This document shows, one piece after another, positions 46,440-60,453 of a stretch of DNA of 64,000 nucleotides. The stretch comes from the human T2T-CHM13v2.0 reference genome, Homo sapiens. The stretch lies in assembly GCF_009914755.1 (NCBI RefSeq), contig NC_060932.1, one strand, 5' to 3'. The notes below the pieces were generated by a model, which saw nothing but the letters and a program-made list of their open reading frames with translations, made no database searches and was not told where the DNA came from. Each line of letters starts with the position of its first letter. Position 1 is the first letter of the stretch. The position numbers and the translations under genes are program-made.

Positions 46440-46727
46440 TAAAATCCATTTTGATTCTATATGTAATTCTAAAAGCTGAGAATTCTCAGTTACAGACTAT
46501 TTTCTTGACACATAATGGCATGTTTTATACCCTGGGATTTCCTGGAAGTATGTTTGAGAATGTAGAGCCATTCCACATGATGCTTACTTAATGTTTGATA
46601 ATTCATTTACTTTTATTCATTCAATAAATATTTATCACTCATCTTTTATGTGATGGACACTGTTGTAGGCACTGGATTACACTGATGAGAAAAAGATAGC
46701 TTCTGCCAACAAAAATTCTTTTCAGTG

Positions 46728-47038
<311 letters not shown>

Positions 47039-47116
47039 AAAAATTCTTTTCAGTGGTGAAATGGTCAAATATGCTACAAAACAGAGCTGTGAAATGATGT
47101 TAATATAGTACTCTAG

Positions 47117-47325
47117 CAGTGATTTTCAACAAGGATTGACTTGCCCCATAGAGGACATTTGGCAGTGTCCGGAGACAGTTTTGGTTGTCAGAACTGGGGA
47201 ACTGTGGTACTGGCAACTAATGGGTAGAGGCCAGGAAATTTGCTAAACATCCTACAGAACGGTGCCCTATGGCAAAGAATTATCCAGCCTCAAATGTCAA
47301 TAGTACTGAGGTTGACAAACACTTG
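47117..47325. mobile_element. MER20 hAT MITE
   Basis: GGACATTTGGCAGTGTCCGGAGACAGTTTTGGTTGTCA...GGGTAGAGGCCAGG...AAAGAATTATCCAGCC..AAATGTCAATAGT. Confidence 0.85.
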
Positions 47326-47832
47326 GTTATAGAATAAAAAAACATAATGCCTAATTGAAACAGTAGGTCCTTGGGAGCTCATCTAGCTTTCAAATCAATT
47401 CTACCTGAGTGTGAAAGGGAAATGGCAAAAAGCATTCTAATGATTTGATGTTTGAGTTGAGTTATGAAAGATGGGTAGATATTAACCAGATGAATTAGTG
47501 GAGAATGAGAAGGAGGATATGTAGAAAAGCTTTCCAAGGAGACGAACCACACAGATTTGGGGGGTGACAGATCTTGGCATCATCACTGATTGGCAAGTGG
47601 TTCTTTATAGCCTGAACACCTGTAGGATCTGCAAAGACAGAATGATAGGGTGCAAGGTCTTGGCTAAAATACTGAAGAGCTTGGATTACTTCTTAGATGT
47701 AATAGTGATCCAGTGAATTATATCAAAAAATAGAGTGACTTGATCAAATCTGCATTTTCTAATGATCAGTTTTTTTGGGAGGAAGGTGGTGGTTCTAATA
47801 GGGTGAGGCTGAAGGGTGGGACACTAGTGAGA

Positions 47833-48139
<307 letters not shown>

Positions 48140-49916
48140 ACGTTTTTGTATTTATTCCAGGTGAGCACTGCTGAGAGCCTGAATGGGCAGTGATCATGCA
48201 AATGAAAATAAAGTCACAGATTAGAGACTTTTAGAAAGTAGTGTTGTTAGGAGAGGTAGCCAGTTAGTTGTGGGTATTTTAGAACAGGAACTATTAGAAG
48301 ATAACTCTCAGGTTCCAGCACCACCAGATAAATAGTGTTAGCTTTTAACAAGTTAGGGAATACAAAAGGAGAAGTAGTTTTGGGTGAGAGAGAGCTGTAA
48401 AAGAGATGGTGAATCCCTGTGTCATGGAAGGAAATCATGAAACCAGTCTAATTAAAACCATCAGTCACTGGGGGTTCATCTAGCTTTCAAACTTGGCTTT
48501 GAATAAAACATATGAAATGATTTCCTAAAAGATAACCTGACTTGTTAGCTTGGTTGAAAGATGGAAATACAAGGAGGCATCTATTCTGACAGGTTTACAA
48601 GCAGCAAAAACTCATAAGGACATCCCTGTCAGAATTGTCTGCTTGGCCTTTATTGGAAGCAATTATTCTGGACAACTGAAGCATATTTATAAGGGCACCA
48701 GCTAGAAATGGCTCAGTCTCTGTTACCTTGATTGTAGCTCACTCTTTCTCATCATGTAGATGGTGACCACAGGTGTAAAGAACCCTGTAGCCATGTTGAC
48801 TCTGCTTACTTGATTGGGTACTACAGTTGGGAAGAGGACCTGGTCTCCAAAAGAACAGGGGCCCCTGGGATAATCAGTTTGGATTACTCTTGTCTCTGTG
48901 CTTTGTAAGTTTCTTGGCCATTTGAAATTGCAAGAGACTTTAGTCTTGCTGGGATAGCTTCAGATTATCCTTCCTATAGACTGTTTTTTTTTCTTCAGAT
49001 CTAATGCTATACAACAGGAAATTGGTCTGTGCTGAGTTTCTGAGATCTGCATTTGGGAGCTAAAATATTTTCCTGTGTTTCCCTTATAACTTGGCTGCTG
49101 GCTTGAGTGTGCCCTTTTTAGGCTACAGAAGTTGGGTGAGATTTTATGGTTGGGTAGGAAAATCTATTTTGCCCTACTTTTTAAAACAGCATCCTATGTT
49201 ATAGCAGTAAGATCCCTGTGATTTTACTCTTGCCCGAACAATTCTACTAAACGAGCTGATGTTATTAAACACTGGCAATATGTCAGGTTTTTACATGAGC
49301 TGACTGATTTAAGTTTCATATTTTTATTTGAAATAGTCATTGTCCCTTTTTCAGATGAGAAAACTGTGACTCAAAGATGTAACACTAGCAAGTGACAAGG
49401 TTATAACCCTTTCCCATGGCTCCACCTGGCTCAATGCTGTATTTTAAATGCCAGATGGCTTCTTAGCCTCCTGCTTTTCCTGAAATATTGCAAATGGCAG
49501 AGCTTTAACTATAACGCTGAACCCTCCTGCATGCAAGGCAATATTCACCTATTCTTAGTGACACTCCATTCTTCTCTCATTTTGAATGTTGTTCTATTTT
49601 GAATTTTAGTTGTGTGCATGCTTGTCATCCCCTATTAGACTGATAGTTCAAATATATGAAATCATTGTAGGTCTGTTTTTTTCTGTCTGTGGCTTTATTC
49701 ATGCTTGTGCAGTCTTGTTTTCTTGTGTAAATGGTAATATATGACAGCCCCTGGATATTCTTGAAAAATTATTTGTGAGAATAGAGAAGCTTTGTGTTTG
49801 TTTCTGCTAGACATTGATAGACATCTCCAGAATGAACTGCTGTGGACCAATTCAGGGTTGAAGAGTCTCTTGCCCATGCAGCCTATGCATAGGATACCCA
49901 GGATCATTGAACACCC

Positions 49917-50235
49917 TTTATTTTTTATTTATTTTTTATTTTATTTTTTTTTCAGACCGAGTTTCACTCTTATTGTCTAGGCTGGAGTGCAGTGGCACAA
50001 TCTCGGCTCACTGCAACCTCTGCCTCCTGGGTTCAAATCATTCTCCTGCCTCAGCCTTCCTGAATACCTGGGATTACAGGCATGTGCCACCACGCCCAGC
50101 TAATTTTGTATTTTTAGGAGAGACGGGGTTTCTCCATGTTGGTCAGGCTGGTCATGAACTCCCAACTTCAGATGATCTGCCTGCCTCGGCCTCTCAAAGT
50201 GCTGGGATTATAGGCGTGAGCGAACACACCCGGCC
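49917..50235 (-). mobile_element. AluSp-type
   Basis: Reverse-complement dimer; TSD CATTGAACACC at 49905-49915 and 50236-50246. Confidence 0.95.
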
Positions 50236-50457
50236 CATTGAACACCTCTTAAGGGCAAGTGGGCAGCTACTAGGTATGATTTATGTTTGCCTTTCACTTT
50301 TCTTCTCCATTTCTGGTCTGCCACGGAGGCAGCCCTCTCTGAATTTTCACTGGTTGGGGAAAGAAGAGGAACTGTTTAGAGCTAGTTTACCCTTACCTTG
50401 ATAGAGTGACACCTGGGGCCCCAGCTCTCTATCAGGAGAGTTTCACAAAGCTCCTCT

Positions 50458-52789
50458 TGTATTACTGTGTTCTCATGCTGCTAATAAAGATACACCCGAG
50501 AGTGGGTAATTTGTAAAGGAAAGAGGTTTAACGGACTCACAGTTCAGCATGGCTGGGGAGGTCTCAGGAAACTTACAATCATGTGGAAGGGGAAGCAAAC
50601 ACACCCTTCTTCACGTGGCAGCAACAAGTAGAAGAATGAGAGCCAAGCAAAGGGGGAAGTCCTTTATAAAACCGTTAGATCTTGTGAGAACTCACTATCA
50701 CAAGAACAGCATGAGGGTAACCACCCTCGTGATTAAATTACCTCCCACTGGGTCCCTCCCATGATGTGGGGATTATGGGAACCACAGTTCAAGATTTGGT
50801 TGGGGACACGGCCAAACCATATCATGCCACCCCGGCCCCTCCCAAACCTCATGTCCTCTCATTTCAAAACAGAATCACACCCTTTCAACAATACTTCAAA
50901 GTCTTAACTAATTCCAGCATTAACTCAAAAGTCCAAGTCCAAAGTCTCATCTGAGGCAAGGCAAGTACCTTCTACCTATGAGTCTGTAAAATCAAAAGCA
51001 AGTTAGTTACTTCCTAGATACAATGGTGGTATAGGCATTGGGTAAATATAGCCATTCCAAGTGAGAGAAATTTGCCAAAACAAAGGGCCTTATAGGGCTC
51101 ATGCAAGTCCAAAATCCAATAAGGCCGTCATTGAACCTTAGAGTTCTAAAATGATCTCCTTTGACTCCATGTCTCATATCCAGGGCACATTGATGCAATG
51201 GGTGGGCTCCCACAGCCTTGAGCAGCAGCTCTACCCCTGTGGCATTGTAGAGTACAGCCCCCTTACCCCAGTTGCTTTCACAGCTGGTGTTGAGTATCTA
51301 TGGCTTTTCCAGGTGCACAGTATAAGCTGTTGGTGGATCTACCATTTGGGGGTCTGGAAGACAATGACCCTCTTCTCACAACTCCACTATACAGTGCCCC
51401 AGTGGGGACTCTGTATGGGGGCTCCCACCCTACATTTCCCTTCTACACTGCCCTAGCAGAGGTTCTTCATGAGGACTCTGTCCATGCAGCAAACTTTTTC
51501 CTGAACATCCAGGCATTTCCATATATCCTCTCAACTCTAGGCGGAGGTTCCCAAACCTCAGTTTTTGACTTCTGTGCACCTGCAGACTAAACACCACATG
51601 GAAGCCACCAAGTCTTGGGGCTTGTAACCTCTGAAGCCACGGCTCAAGTTGTGCCTTGGTCCCTTTTAGCCACAGATGGAGCACCTCAGATGCAGGGCAC
51701 CAAGTCCTGAGGCTGCACATGGCAGAGGTCCCTGGATCCTTCCCAGGAAACCATTTTTCCCTCCTAGGCCTCCAGGCCTGTGATGGGAGGAGCTGCCAGG
51801 AAGATTTCCAAAATACTCTAGAGACATTTTCCCCATTTTCTTGGAAATTAACATTTGGTCCCTCATTACTTTTGCAAATTTTTACTGCTGGCTTGAATTT
51901 CTCCCCAGAAAATGGGTGTTTCTTTTCTACTACCTTGTCAGCCTGCAAAATTTTCAAACTTTTATGCTCTACTTCCTCTTGAACATTTTGCTGCTTAGAA
52001 ATTTCTTCTACCAGATACCCTAAATCATCTCTCTCAAGTTCAAAGTTCCACAGATCTCTAGGGCAGGGGCAAAATGCTGCTAGTCTCTTTGCATAGCAAG
52101 AGTGACCTTTACTCTAGTTCCCAAAAAGCTCTTCATCTCCCATCTAAGAGCACCTCAGCCTGGACTTTATTGTCCATTTCACTGTCAGCATTTTGGTCAA
52201 CGCTATTTAACAAGTCTTTAGGAAGTTTCAAACTTTCCCACATATTCCTGTCTTCTGAACCTTCCAAGTCTCTAGAAAGTTCCAAACTTTCTCACATTTT
52301 TCTGTCTTCTTCTGAGTCTACCAGACTGCTCCAACCTCTGCCTGTTACCTAGTTCCAAAGTTGCTTCCATATTTTTGGTTATCTTTACAGCAGCCCCCTA
52401 CTCTACCAGTACCAATTTACTGTATTAATCTCTTCATACACTGCTAATAAAGATATACCCAAGACTGGGTAATTAATAAAGGAAAGAAGTTTAATTGACT
52501 CACAGTTCAGCATGGCTGGAGAGGCCTCAGGAAACTTACAATCATGGCAGATGGGGAAGCAAACACATCCTTCTTCATATGGCAGCAGCAAGGAGAAGTG
52601 CTGAGCAAAGAGGGAAAAGCCCTTCATAAAACTATCAGATGTCCTGAGAACTCACTCACAAGAACAGCATAAGGGTAACTGCCCTCATGATTCAATTACC
52701 TCCCACTGAGTCCCTCTCACGACATATGGGGATTATGGGAACTATAATTCAAGATGAGATTTGGTTGGGGACACAGCCAAACCATATCA
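50458..52789 (-). mobile_element. Complete THE1 (THE1C/D-type) MaLR element: LTR 50458-50824, internal region 50825-52420, LTR 52421-52789
   Basis: Two ~368-bp direct repeats (TGTATTA...AAACCATATCA) flank a ~1.6-kb THE1 internal region. Confidence 0.95.
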
Positions 52790-53179
52790 CCCTTGAACTC
52801 TAAATCTCTAGCCACATGTGGCTAATGCTCTCTACTTGAACACAGTGTTTGTGGTATCAGCAACTGCCCTAAGGGAAAATGCAGCTCTGGTGTTCTGATC
52901 TTTACCTTACCTCTCTTCTTACAGATTTTCTTCCCCCCAAAATTGGCCTGAGGTATCTCACTGTATTTTTAAGGTCTTTAGTGTTTCTATTTAGACAAAT
53001 TTTACCCAGCATTTTACTTTGGGTATATGAATATAAGTTAGAGAAAGTTGGTATTATTAATATCAATAATTATGCTGATAAAGCCATCATGTTGATAAAA
53101 GAAAAACTGCATTTTAAGTTATATTCAAAGCTTGTAAAGGATGATTTTGAGTCAATATGTAGGTCTTTGCAGGGAAGAT

Positions 53180-53210
53180 TTGAATTTCTCCCCAGAAAAT
53201 GGGTGTTTCT
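53180..53210 (+). repeat. 31-bp perfect direct copy of THE1-internal 51893-51923
   Basis: TTGAATTTCTCCCCAGAAAATGGGTGTTTCT is identical at both sites. The peptide EFLPRKWVFL appears twice in the ORF track. Confidence 0.95.
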
Positions 53211-54217
53211 ATTACAGAAACACCACTTGAGAACAACAATTAGGACTAAAAACTGGGATGTCATCACGAGAAGCAATTTAATACGACCCTTCAAAGGCCA
53301 TATTAATAGAATAAAAGGGCCCTGGCTTGGGTTGAAAGTAAGAGATAGATAGTAAGAGGTAGATTGCAGAACACAGAAGGCAAAGAACTGCCCTAGAAAG
53401 GGGCTAGAATCTGACCAGCCCCATATGTCTATAATAATAATAACTTCTACTTGCACTACATTGTGTTGTTTGCAAAGTGTTTTAAAATACTATACCATTT
53501 GTTTTATTTAATTGTAACAATGACCTTAGGAAGAAGGTTATTATCATTAATATTTTACAGAAAATGCCCAAGAGCATATAGCTATGGGAGGCTTTGATAA
53601 GAAGACCCTGATCTTCAACACCTTGCCACATCCATATTCTATCTTCACCCTGAAGGAAGGCAGTTTCTTGTGTTCTAAACTGTCAGTTGAATGTGATGTT
53701 ATTGGTGAGTTCATACTGCAGAAGGGACACAGAATATGATTAAGGATAATGAGTCTGCTGTTTGGGATAGTTGTCACAGTAACTCAAGGGTTCTTACAGG
53801 TTATTAGAATTTAATAGCAAAGTTATCCTAAAGAACAGCTCTGATTTCAAAGCTTCTATACTCTAAAACTTAGACTACCAATTGTGGTTGAGGCATTTCA
53901 TTCTGTGGTTGCTGCCTGCCATGTCAGCCTTCCTATTTTTCATCTTATATATGGGTCATGAAATCATACCAGGCTACCAGACATGCTGTCCATTCTTTGC
54001 CCTTTCCTATCTTTGTCATGTGGCTGATGCGGTTGTCTCCTTTAGGAATGACATTTTCCATCATTTCTACCTGTAAAATCTTGCCTGTCTGTCAATGTCT
54101 TTCTCGTGTGCTGCTCTTCCATGAGATGGCCCATTTTTTTTCCTGCCCACCACTTGCCTGTTGATTATGTGTATTCCCATTGCATTTTGTTTCCTCTTTA
54201 TAGCACAGGTTGCAAAA

Positions 54218-54652
54218 GTTACTAAAAAGCCAGGGGTTTTGGTCTAGGTCTTGCTGCTCACAGAATAGAAAGCCCATAACTGAGTCAAAAAGTATTGCCA
54301 GAGAAGGCTTTAGTCTGGTGCTGCAGCCAAGGAGAACAAAAGATACAATCTCTAACCTTCTCTCCAGTGGACTAAATTTGGGAGGGGGGCGGCTATATAG
54401 CAGGGAAGGTGGGAAAACAATAATCAGGGAAGGGTAAAGAAGCAATCATGATGGGTGAGGGATCAGGCATTACTAGATGCAGTAATGTGAGTTCCAGTTC
54501 CTTTCCTGAGGGTCAGTTTCCTGAGGATAGAACTCAACTGAGACAAATCTAAGTTTCAAGTTTTAAGACCAGGGAGGTACACTCTCTATGTTTATTATTG
54601 GGAAGAAAAAGCCTGTAAATATCAGTTCTATGGGACAATTAGGTTGGCTTTC
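54218..54652 (-). mobile_element. MER31-like ERV1 LTR
   Basis: CCAGGGGTTTTGGTCTAGGTCTTGCTGCTC...AGTATTGCCAG...GTGCTGCAGCC (recalled consensus). Confidence 0.7.
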
Positions 54653-54801
54653 CAAACTAAAATATGTGCATGAGCCAGCCTGGTTCCTTAAATAAGGGAG
54701 GTGGTTGAGTGTAAAAAACCTATTAAGATTATGGTGAGTTTTTGAGCTTCTTATCTAATAGGTAACTACCACTATGTTCTAGTCATTAAGCCCAAACTAA
54801 T

Positions 54802-54804
54802 GTG

Positions 54805-54835
<31 letters not shown>

Positions 54836-54840
54836 ATGTG
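54802..54840. repeat. (TG)n microsatellite
   Basis: Direct reading of the sequence. Confidence 0.9.
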
Positions 54841-55924
54841 AGAGATCTCTTAGTTTGAAAAATATTGGTAAATAATTCAAATGTTTTTTGAAGAGATGGG
54901 GAGACAAAACAAAAATTCTCCTGAAGACTATGTTTGGCCCATTTCCCTAGTTTATGACCCTACTCTATAGAATTTGGAGACAAATAAATGGTACAAGTCA
55001 GAGTTTAATATGTCCATCATTAATTAAATATCTACAGAGAGCAAACATTCTATGGGATCATCCTTCTAACCTTAGAGTGTCTTTTGTGGAGTGACTTACA
55101 CATTTTTGTTGAATTGCAGGAAACTTTTTGGGAAAGTTCCCCAAAACTTTGGGGAACTGTGTTCCCCTGAAGTTTGGAGGGTGAGGAGTGAAAGAGGTTG
55201 AGAAGAATGAGCTGGCTGGGTGAGTGTGCTACTTTAAACAAGTTGAGACTAATTTTTGTAAACTTTCATTTTGATGTTTTATTAACCACTGCTGTTGGTG
55301 AATTTAAATATTTTAATGATCAGTATATTTTACTCTTTGCATGCCCTGGGGCTTGCTTTCTTTCTTTTTTTTTTTTTTTTAAAGAAATGGCAGCTTAAAA
55401 AAATTAAAATAGACTCTCCATTCGATCAGCTTTCAAAATGCTTGGTGCTCACTCTGCCCTGAATCTGGGTCAGCATGGCATTTGATGACTAAGAAACCTG
55501 CATCTACCTCCCTAGCAGGCTTTCACTATGTTGAAATTGCTCTTTAAGTAATTTCATTTCTCTTGATTGAGCCTCTGCAAATTATTTCACGAAACAATTC
55601 TTCATTTTGAATGTGAATCTCCACACTTCCACAAAGCTGGGAGGAAGAAAAAAGCATTTATTACCACAAAAAACATTTGTTACCACTACATTTAAATCTT
55701 GCCTTTCTTTTCTTGCCTTTTTAACTATTAAATATCTTTTTTTCTCATAAACTATGTAAATGATAGATTGTGTATCTATGGGAAATCTCTGGTGTATATG
55801 TAAGTTCAGAGCTCCTTAAGGATATAAAGTATTTTTTAAAACAGGTTGGGGAAGGTGAATTTATTTTTCAATCTTAAAAAAAAAAACAGTGAAATGTTGG
55901 GCATTTTTTCGTTGGATTTTAGTT

Positions 55925-56232
55925 ACACTTGGCCTCTGTATCCATGGGTTCTGCATCAGCAGATTCAACCAACAAAGAAGAAAAAATATTCTGGGGTGGG
56001 AGGGCAGAAAAAATTAAAAAATGATAAAACAAAAATAAGTAAAAATACAGTATAAGAACTATTTACGTAGTATTTACATTGTAGTAGGTATTACTAATAA
56101 TCTAGAGATGATTTATAGGAGGATGTGCATAGGTTATGTGCAAATACTATGCCACTTTATATCAGGGACTTGAGCATCTGCAGATATTGGTATCTAAGGG
56201 GGTTCCTGGAACCAATCCCTATGGAAGGCACC
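55925..56232. mobile_element. MER2-like Tigger MITE
   Basis: CTCTGTATCCATGGGTTCTGCATC...GGGACTTGAGCATCTGCAGAT...TCCTGGAACCAATCCC. Confidence 0.85.
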
Positions 56233-57611
56233 ATTGTAGTTTATTTCTTTGTGGCAAGGGTATTTGTTCTTGTGTCAGCATGCTAATGTAGTCATTCTTG
56301 AGAGGAGATTGTTTTTTTGCTTTGCTGCCTCTTTTTCCACGAAAGCATCATTTTCAGATGAAAGTTAGGGCCTTGACTCTTGTGCCTGGAGTTTCTTCCT
56401 GTTGATTCACACCACAGAGGGTTCCAACTGGGCCTTTTTCTGTTCCCTTCCTTCCTGTGGTTCATCCAGGATCTGTGCAGTGACCAAGTGTGGAGTCGTG
56501 ATCTGTAACCATCCCTGGAAATTCTCCTACTTTATTGGTCCTATCTGTCCCATTTCCTCTCACTGTGCAGTCTTGCCTTTTTCAGTGCCAGTCTTGGCTA
56601 ATTTCTCCCTCTCTGGGTTGGTATCTAATTCTGTAAATCATTGACCGGCGGGGTGTGGAGCCCGAGTTATGTCACAGAATTGTGATTTTTTTCATTCTTT
56701 CTCACTCAACCGTTCTGAATTGTCACTTTTCAGCCAATTCTTAGACATGAAGTTGAAAAAATATATAAATAGCTTTGTGACTTACCTGAGGGATTCTTTG
56801 ACCTTTTATTTCCATTGTTTTCACTTTCCCCCCATCCTTAGTTGGAAATCAACAGTCTGCATTTAAAACAAAAACAAAACTCATTGTTCTACTCTACTAA
56901 ACGTGAAGAGGAGTGGGGGGATTGTAAGACTCCACAGGGAAGAGTTTGGAGGGATTATAAATAGGAAAATAAAAAATGAGAAAAAATATGTAAACTTGGG
57001 TGTTTTAAAGGATTTGAAGGTATTCCCATGTAAGTGGATATAAAGTAGTAACATCCTCGATGTCATCTTCAGCTTCTTGGCCACACAGAAACGTATGTCC
57101 ACATTATTCTGCTTTCTTGAGGCAACTTTATGCTGAATTCTGATCTAGAGGTAGATATACCATTAAGCTTAAGTTTCAGGCCTATCCAAGGCCCTGAGAG
57201 GGGGCCTAACAATGTGTTCACGGGGTGTATGTTCTACAAAATTTGCAAAAAATATTTTTAATTGTCATTGTTCATTTCCTACTCCCTTCTTCCCAGTGAT
57301 CGGCTGTCCCCAGTGGCCCTTGGACATTTTAAGGAATTCTCTAAGGAGAAGTTGAATTAAGGACATTTTAGTTTGTGTTTAGTTAGCTACATTTTTGTGA
57401 TATCTGTTCGTTCCATGGATAGTTAAATTACTGCCAGCCATCCCAGTTTAGGAAAGGATTCCAGGAATATTCCTACCAGAGCTATGCTGCCCCCAGAGTA
57501 GGGTAGTTAGTTATGGGGTTATCACTTAAAAGAAGATTTAAATATACAAGAAAACTTAATTGCTCTGAAATTTTACAGCTTTGATATGAAAGAAACTTAA
57601 GAGAGGTTTTT

Positions 57612-57900
57612 CCAACCAAATCTCGTATCTTCTCACTTATAAGTTAGGAGCTAAGCTATGAGGATACAAAGGCATAAGAATGATACAATAGTCTTTGGGA
57701 GCTTGTTGGGGGGAAGATGTGGGGGTGAGGGATAAAAGACTGTATTTTGGGTACAGTGTATACTTCTCAGGTGACAGGTGCACCAAAAATCTCAGAAATC
57801 ACTGCTAAAGAAATTATCCGTGTAACAAAAAACCACCTGTACATCAAAAACTATTGAAATAAAATTAAAATACACACACACACACACACATTAATGAACA
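57612..57900 (+). mobile_element. L1PB/L1MA 3' end with (CA)n tail
   Basis: TTCTCACTTATAAG...GGCATAAGAATGATACAAT...TCTCAGAAATCAC...AAACTATTGAAATAAAA. Confidence 0.85.
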
Positions 57901-58080
57901 TAAAAGAAAGGTTTTTCTATCTTTGGCAATCCTATATGTATATGTGACATCTACCAATATTGAGTTGTGATGCTGAGCCTTTTCTAAACTATTGATAATA
58001 AAAGGAAAACTTAAACAACTGAAGTTGAGTGAGATATTTAAAATCTTCTTAATGGAAAATTATTTTTATAAAATTATTAT

Positions 58081-58417
58081 AATCATGCATTGTTTAACAA
58101 CAGTGATGCATTCTCAGAAATGTGTCATTGGGCAATTTCTTTATTGTGAGGACATCATAGATTATGCTTACACAAACCTAGATGATATCGCCACTATACA
58201 CCTAGGCTATATGGTGTAGCCTGTTGCTCCTAGGCTGTAAATCTGTACAGCTTGTTACTGTATTGAATACTGTAGGCAATTGTAACAAAATGGTATTTGT
58301 ATATTTAAACATATCTAAGCCTAGAAAAGATACAGTAAAAATGATATTATAATCTTATGGGATCACCATCATATACGTGGTCCCTGGTTGATTTAAATGT
58401 TATGAGATGCTTGACTC
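58081..58417. mobile_element. Tigger3a/MER7A-like MITE
   Basis: ACACAAACCTAGATG...ACACCTAGGCTATATGGT..AGCCTGTTGCTCCTAGGCT...ATAATCTTATGGGA. Confidence 0.8.
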
Positions 58418-59532
58418 TATATGAAGAGGTGATTGAAGTATGAGCAGTCAAAAATGAGAAGAAAATATCATAGATATTTGTCACAAAGTTAATTCGTGAA
58501 AATGTTATGCTATTTTCTGAATATTTGTCATGTTTGTGGCATCTGCCAGCTTTTAAAAATTTGTATTTGTTATGATCCTTTTCTGATTTATTTTTGTACC
58601 CTAGTTTTATATTTGAAATTTTGTGTTATTTTTCTTAGGGCCTTCAAGATTGTAAAAGGTTTTAGGCCCTACAAAACCTGGATCCATCCTTGATCTGACT
58701 TATCTGTAACCAGCTGATACTTTCTGTCCATCAGCTGAATGTGGTTAACTGAGGTACCCAGATTAAAAGCTTAGAGCCAACTTCAGATTCTGGGGAATGA
58801 CTCTAGCCATGTGATGGCTACTCCCTGGTAGCAGTATGACCCCATTCCTTCTTGTTAATCCTAGATTAGCTACTTACCAGGTAGGACAAGGATTGAAGTG
58901 CTTTGGAAAATTTCCTGAAGTCATAAACCCGACTAGTTTAAAAATTGAATCATGCCATATACTGGGGAATCAGTATATACCCTCTGGGACTTCTGTATTG
59001 TAACTTGAAGTATAAAAAATACTTTTAAGTAAGCAGACAAAAAAAAATTCTATTAGGACAAAGTGGGGTTAGGAGAAAAATCTTTATATAAAACCCACAA
59101 GAATTTTCAAGATTAGGATTCTAAATATTCTATGAAAGTCTATAACATAATCTAATAGGAGCCTTTATCATACTTACTTTGCTTTGTCCAAAATTAATAT
59201 ATGTAGTTCAGCTTTATTTGGTCAGGGTTAGCATGATATATGTTTTTTCATCTCTACTTTTATTCTATCTGGATCTTCAAAATGAGTTTCCTTTAGACAA
59301 CATATAGTTGAGTCTTTTTTTAAAAAAAAATCTACTCCGACAATCTCCATCATTTAATTGGTGTATTTGAACATTTGCATTTAAAGGGATTATTGATCTA
59401 GTTGAAATAATGTCTACTATATTTGTATGTATTTTCTATTTGTTGTCCTTTTTTTTGCTTCTACTCATTTTCTTCCTTCCTTGATTTTAAGCATTTTACA
59501 TGATTTCATTTCTTTCCTTTCTTAACATATTA

Positions 59533-60453
<921 letters not shown>

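Larger units (their letters stand above)
57146..58692 (+). mobile_element. Arthur1-like hAT element hosting nested L1 and Tigger3a inserts
   Basis: Starts AAGCTTAAGTTTCAGG...GGGGCCTAACAATGTGTTCAC and ends AGGCCCTACAAAACCTGGATCC (recalled). Confidence 0.65.

Noticed and set aside
51430-51957. 175-aa ORF
   Set aside because: It is a decayed THE1-internal reading frame.
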